32,000 nucleotides of DNA from NCBI RefSeq assembly GCF_000406145.1, contig NZ_CM001976.1, positions 4,362,380-4,394,379 on the forward strand. Direction: 5' to 3'. Numbering within the stretch: position 1 is the first letter of the stretch; every line of letters begins with the position of its first letter. Below are positions 28,563 through 32,000 of the stretch, piece after piece. A program made the position numbers and the translations under genes. Below the pieces are notes generated by a model. It ran no database searches, had not been told where the DNA came from, and worked only from the letters and a program-made list of their open reading frames with translations. Origin of the DNA: Dickeya dadantii NCPPB 898. Lineage in GTDB: Bacteria > Pseudomonadota > Gammaproteobacteria > Enterobacterales > Enterobacteriaceae.

Positions 28563-30980
28563 TTAATCACGCATCGTCCAGATGCGTTTCTGATAATCAT
28601 GAATTGCCCGATCGGCACTGAACATCCCCATACGGGCGGTATTCAAAATGCAGCGACGCGTCCATTCATCAGGTTCACGATACAGCTCATCCACACGCTG
28701 TTGAGCCTGGCAGTAAGGTGCGAAATCGGCCAGCACCAGATAGGGGTCCCCCAGTTTCAGCAGGCTATCCAGCAGAGGGGCGAACGCCGTTTTATCCCCA
28801 TGGCTGAAGGTTCCGTCGGCCAGCTCGTCGAGGATTTCCTTGAGCAATGGATGCGCGGCAATGTAGCGAGCGGGTTTATAGCCGCCGGCGGTGAGTTTTT
28901 TCACCTGTTCGACGGTATGCCCGAAGATAAACAGATTCTCCGCGCCCACTTCCTGCGCCATCTCCACATTGGCGCCGTCCAGGGTGCCCACCGTCAGCGC
29001 GCCGTTCAACGCCAGCTTCATGTTGCCGGTACCGGACGCCTCCTTGCCCGCCGTGGAAATCTGCTCCGACACGTCAGCGGCCGGAATAATCCGCTCCGCC
29101 AGCGACACACGGTAATCCGGCAAAAAGACCACTTTCAGGCGGTCATTCACCCGCTTGTCCCGGTTAATGTGCTCCGCCACGCAGTTGATGGCGTAAATAA
29201 TGTTTTTTGCCAGCACGTACCCCGGCGCCGCCTTGGCGCCAAACAGAAAAAGGCGCGGCACGATATCCAATCCGGGGTCGGCAAGCAATCGCTTATACAG
29301 CGATAAAATATGCAGCAAATTCAGATGCTGCCGCTTGTATTCATGCAACCGTTTGATTTGCACATCAAACAGCGAGGCAGGGTCGACACGGATGCCGTAT
29401 TCGCGCTGCAAAAATTGCGTCAGTTGCGTTTTGTTGTCCTGCTTGATGTGGCGGTAACGCGCCCGGAACGCGCTGTCCTGCGCGTAGGGCGCCAGCCCGC
29501 CCAGCAGCGTCAGCCGGTTGCCCCATTCGGTGCACAGAGTATCGTCAATCAGCGAAGAGAGCGCCGGATTGCACTGTTTCAGCCAGCGCCGCGGCGTAAT
29601 GCCGTTGGTGACATTGTGAAATTTTGTCGGCCACAGCTGGTAATATTCCGGAAACAGGTCGCGCACCACCAGATCGGAGTGCATCTGCGCCACGCCATTG
29701 ACCGCAAAACAGGCCACCACGCACAGGTTCGCCATTCTCACCTGACGGCGATGCACCACCGCCAGCCGCGCCCAAACCTGCCGATCGCCCGGCCAGCGCG
29801 CCTCCACCTGCTGATGCAGGCGCTCATTAATCGTTTTGATAATCGACAGATGACGCGGCAGCAGCCGGCCGAACAGCCGTTCGTCCCAGCACTCCAGCGC
29901 CTCCGGCATCAGGGTATGATTGGTGTAGGCGAACAGGCGCCTAGTCAGCCGCCAGGCCTGTTCCCACGGCATTTCGTGCTCGTCCAGCAACAGGCGCAGG
30001 GTTTCGGGGATCGCCAGCGTCGGGTGGGTATCGTTCAACTGCACCACTTCATACTCGGGCAACGTCTCCAGCGGCCTTCCTGCGCGCTCATGCCGCCGGA
30101 AGATGTCCGACACGGCGCAGGCGCACTGAAAATACTGCTGCATCAGGCGCAGTTTTTTACCTGCCGCATGATTGTCGTTCGGGTAAAGCACCTTAGTCAG
30201 ACTGGCGGCGGCGATGCCTTGCTGTTCGGCTTTCAGGTAATGGCCGGCGTTGAACTGCTCAAGATCAAACGGGTCGCTATGGGTGGCCTGCCACAATCGC
30301 AGCGGTTGCACCCTGCCATTGCGATAACCGATAACCGGGATATCGGTGGCCTCGCCGACGATAACCTGCTCCGGTATCCAGCGTTCGCTGCCGTCCGCCT
30401 GTTTCACCAGTTCGCCGCCGAAACCAACCTCCACCGCCAGCTCCGGACGCGGACGCGCCCAGGGGTAGCTGTCGCGCAGCCAGTCGTCCGGCGTTTCCCG
30501 CTGAAAGCCGGCGTCAAAATGCTGGCGGAATAAACCGTACTGATAATGCAGACCATAACCGATCGCCGGCTGGCCGACCGTCGCCATCGCGTCCAGATAA
30601 CAGGACGCCAGCCGCCCTAACCCGCCGTTGCCGAGCGCCGGGTCGGTTTCCTGCTCCAGCACGTCGCTCAGCGCCAGCCCCTGCTGCGCCAGCGCCTCCG
30701 CCACCGCGTCATACCAGCCCAGATTGAGCAGATTGTTGCCGGTCAGGCGGCCGGGCAGGAATTCCATCGACAGATAATTGACATGCCGCGCCGCCGCAGG
30801 CGCGGCGTCGGGCGGGAGCAGGTCGGCAGACGTCAACACATCCAGTTGCTCCGTCAGCGCAGCGCTCACCAGTTGCCAGCACTGACGCAACGACAGCGCC
30901 TGCAAGGACGGTTGAGCGCACGCCTGCAACTGACGCTGCAGGTCGGCGGCGAACCGGGAAGGATTGAATGATGGTGACAT
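28563..30980 (-). CDS. malP: Maltodextrin phosphorylase MalP
   Basis: 805 aa from the ATG at 30980. [45 protein letters not shown] and [27 protein letters not shown] match MalP better than GlgP. The ORF-track start at 31031 would overlap the glpR stop and adds 17 unsupported residues. Confidence 0.94.
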   Translation of the reverse strand: MSPSFNPSRFAADLQRQLQACAQPSLQALSLRQCWQLVSAALTEQLDVLTSADLLPPDAAPAAARHVNYLSMEFLPGRLTGNNLLNLGWYDAVAEALAQQGLALSDVLEQETDPALGNGGLGRLASCYLDAMATVGQPAIGYGLHYQYGLFRQHFDAGFQRETPDDWLRDSYPWARPRPELAVEVGFGGELVKQADGSERWIPEQVIVGEATDIPVIGYRNGRVQPLRLWQATHSDPFDLEQFNAGHYLKAEQQGIAAASLTKVLYPNDNHAAGKKLRLMQQYFQCACAVSDIFRRHERAGRPLETLPEYEVVQLNDTHPTLAIPETLRLLLDEHEMPWEQAWRLTRRLFAYTNHTLMPEALECWDERLFGRLLPRHLSIIKTINERLHQQVEARWPGDRQVWARLAVVHRRQVRMANLCVVACFAVNGVAQMHSDLVVRDLFPEYYQLWPTKFHNVTNGITPRRWLKQCNPALSSLIDDTLCTEWGNRLTLLGGLAPYAQDSAFRARYRHIKQDNKTQLTQFLQREYGIRVDPASLFDVQIKRLHEYKRQHLNLLHILSLYKRLLADPGLDIVPRLFLFGAKAAPGYVLAKNIIYAINCVAEHINRDKRVNDRLKVVFLPDYRVSLAERIIPAADVSEQISTAGKEASGTGNMKLALNGALTVGTLDGANVEMAQEVGAENLFIFGHTVEQVKKLTAGGYKPARYIAAHPLLKEILDELADGTFSHGDKTAFAPLLDSLLKLGDPYLVLADFAPYCQAQQRVDELYREPDEWTRRCILNTARMGMFSADRAIHDYQKRIWTMRD

Positions 30981-31024
30981 CGTGCCTCTCTCCTCTGTCA
31001 GTGATGGAAAAAGGCACGTCGGGA

Positions 31025-31783
31025 TCAGCACAACTCCAACTGTACCTTATGTTGTTCGATGATTTTCAGCACACTGGGCGGTGGTAACTGATCGGTAAAA
31101 AGATAGTCGATCAAATCCATGTTACCCAAATTGACCATAGCGTTACGGCCAAACTTCGAATGGTCCGTCACCAGCATCACGCAGCGGGAGTTTTCGATAA
31201 TCGCCCGTTTGGTGCGTACCTCGTGGTAATCAAACTCCAGCAGCGAGCCGTCCATATCAATACCGCTGATTCCCAAAATGCCGAAATCGAGCCGGAACTG
31301 AGAAATAAAATCCAGCGTGGCCTCGCCGATGATGCCGCCGTCCCGGCTGCGCACCTCGCCTCCCGCCAGAATCAGGCGAAAATCTTCTTTGGCGGTCAGC
31401 AACGTCGCCACATTCAGGTTGTTGGTGACCACCCGCAAATCTTTATGGTTCATCAGCGCGTGGGCCACCGCCTCCGGCGTAGTGCCGATATCAATAAAAA
31501 GCGTAGCACCATCCGGAATCTGGCTGGCGACTTGCCTCGCAATCCTGGCTTTTTCATCAGACCACATCATTTTGCGATCGTGATAGGCGGTATTGACTGA
31601 ACTGGAGGGCAACGCCGCCCCACCATGATGACGATGGATCTTGTTCTGCTCCGCCAGATCGTTCAGATCGCGGCGAATGGTCTGCGGGCTGACCGCAAAA
31701 TGCTCCACCAGCTCCTCGGTACTGACGTATCCCTGCCGACGCACCAGGTCGATAATGGCGTCATGCCGCTGTGTTTGCTTCAC
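31025..31783 (-). CDS. glpR: DeoR-family glycerol-3-phosphate regulon repressor GlpR
   Basis: The 252-aa product [47 protein letters not shown] is nearly identical to E. coli GlpR throughout. Confidence 0.96.
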   Translation of the reverse strand: MKQTQRHDAIIDLVRRQGYVSTEELVEHFAVSPQTIRRDLNDLAEQNKIHRHHGGAALPSSSVNTAYHDRKMMWSDEKARIARQVASQIPDGATLFIDIGTTPEAVAHALMNHKDLRVVTNNLNVATLLTAKEDFRLILAGGEVRSRDGGIIGEATLDFISQFRLDFGILGISGIDMDGSLLEFDYHEVRTKRAIIENSRCVMLVTDHSKFGRNAMVNLGNMDLIDYLFTDQLPPPSVLKIIEQHKVQLELC

Positions 31784-31940
31784 ATTGATCCCCTCAAACA
31801 GATCCCTTCAAACACCGACATGCCGTCATGCCGGCCAATTAAGAAACCGCGCCTCGCAGGCAAAACAACGCACGGCCATGCAGTAGCCACTGCGCGCCCT
31901 TCTGCCACTCATTCGGATTTCGGTAAACGGTATGATGCCA

Positions 31941-32000
31941 TTAACGGTGTCTGTTGCGTGTATCCCACCATGCCATCAGCAAGCCAATGACCAGCCCCGC
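31941..32000 (-). CDS. glpG: Rhomboid protease GlpG, C-terminal fragment (runs off the window)
   Basis: The reverse-strand translation AGLVIGLLMAWWDTRNRHR* resembles the last TM helix and basic tail of GlpG (..[22 protein letters not shown]). It lies upstream of glpR, as in glpEGR. Confidence 0.55.
   Translation of the reverse strand, partial: AGLVIGLLMAWWDTRNRHR

Noticed and set aside
27996-30533. Long + strand ORFs (436 aa at 27996-29306, 407 aa at 29310-30533) antisense to malQ and malP
   Set aside because: They lie opposite genes with unambiguous homology. Their translations are R/Q/A/H-rich low-complexity sequence with no recognisable motifs. This is typical of shadow ORFs in GC-rich DNA.
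30985-30995. GAGGAGAGAGG upstream of malP considered as a MalT box (GGGGAGGAGG-like)
   Set aside because: It sits 5-15 nt from the ATG, where it functions as the Shine-Dalgarno sequence. A single copy at that distance cannot be a MalT-activated promoter element.

Overview
This window is a core chromosomal segment of a GC-rich Enterobacterales genome. The proteins look Pectobacteriaceae-like (Dickeya/Brenneria type), but that is inference from memory, not a search. Gene order is colinear with the E. coli 75-76 min region: hofQPONM (-) | mrcA (+) | nudE (-) | igaA yrfG hslR hslO pckA (+) | envZ ompR (-) | greB, an OlsF-like two-domain acyltransferase (frame-broken), tex/yhgF (+) | AT-rich 1.6 kb island | bioH (-) | gntX nfuA (+) | malQ (frame-broken) malP glpR glpG' (-). 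I recognised no rRNA, tRNA, CRISPR array, transposase or integrase. The only clearly accessory DNA is the AT-rich island at about 22337-23966, which sits where E. coli carries feoABC. It holds an 11-nt-overlapping gene pair (a 153-aa basic STM2901-like protein and a 111-aa acidic DUF1493-like protein) convergent with an orphan hcp. This island is my best candidate for an undescribed system: an Hcp-associated effector/immunity or toxin/partner module. Other observations: (1) two housekeeping-type genes are broken at homopolymers (a G4 run in the acyltransferase, a T6 run in malQ); (2) malQ has a Lys-rich 92-codon tail that runs through the nfuA terminator; (3) only 44 nt separate glpR from malP, and that spacer folds into an SD-sequestering hairpin; (4) four short tandem repeats are each anchored on the stop codon or 3' end of a + strand gene; (5) a 211-bp ERIC-like palindrome sits inside the hslR-hslO operon; (6) the 0.5 kb hslO-pckA spacer is structured, with covarying palindromes and its own terminator. 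All homology statements come from reading the translations and recalling E. coli and family sequences. No database search was run.
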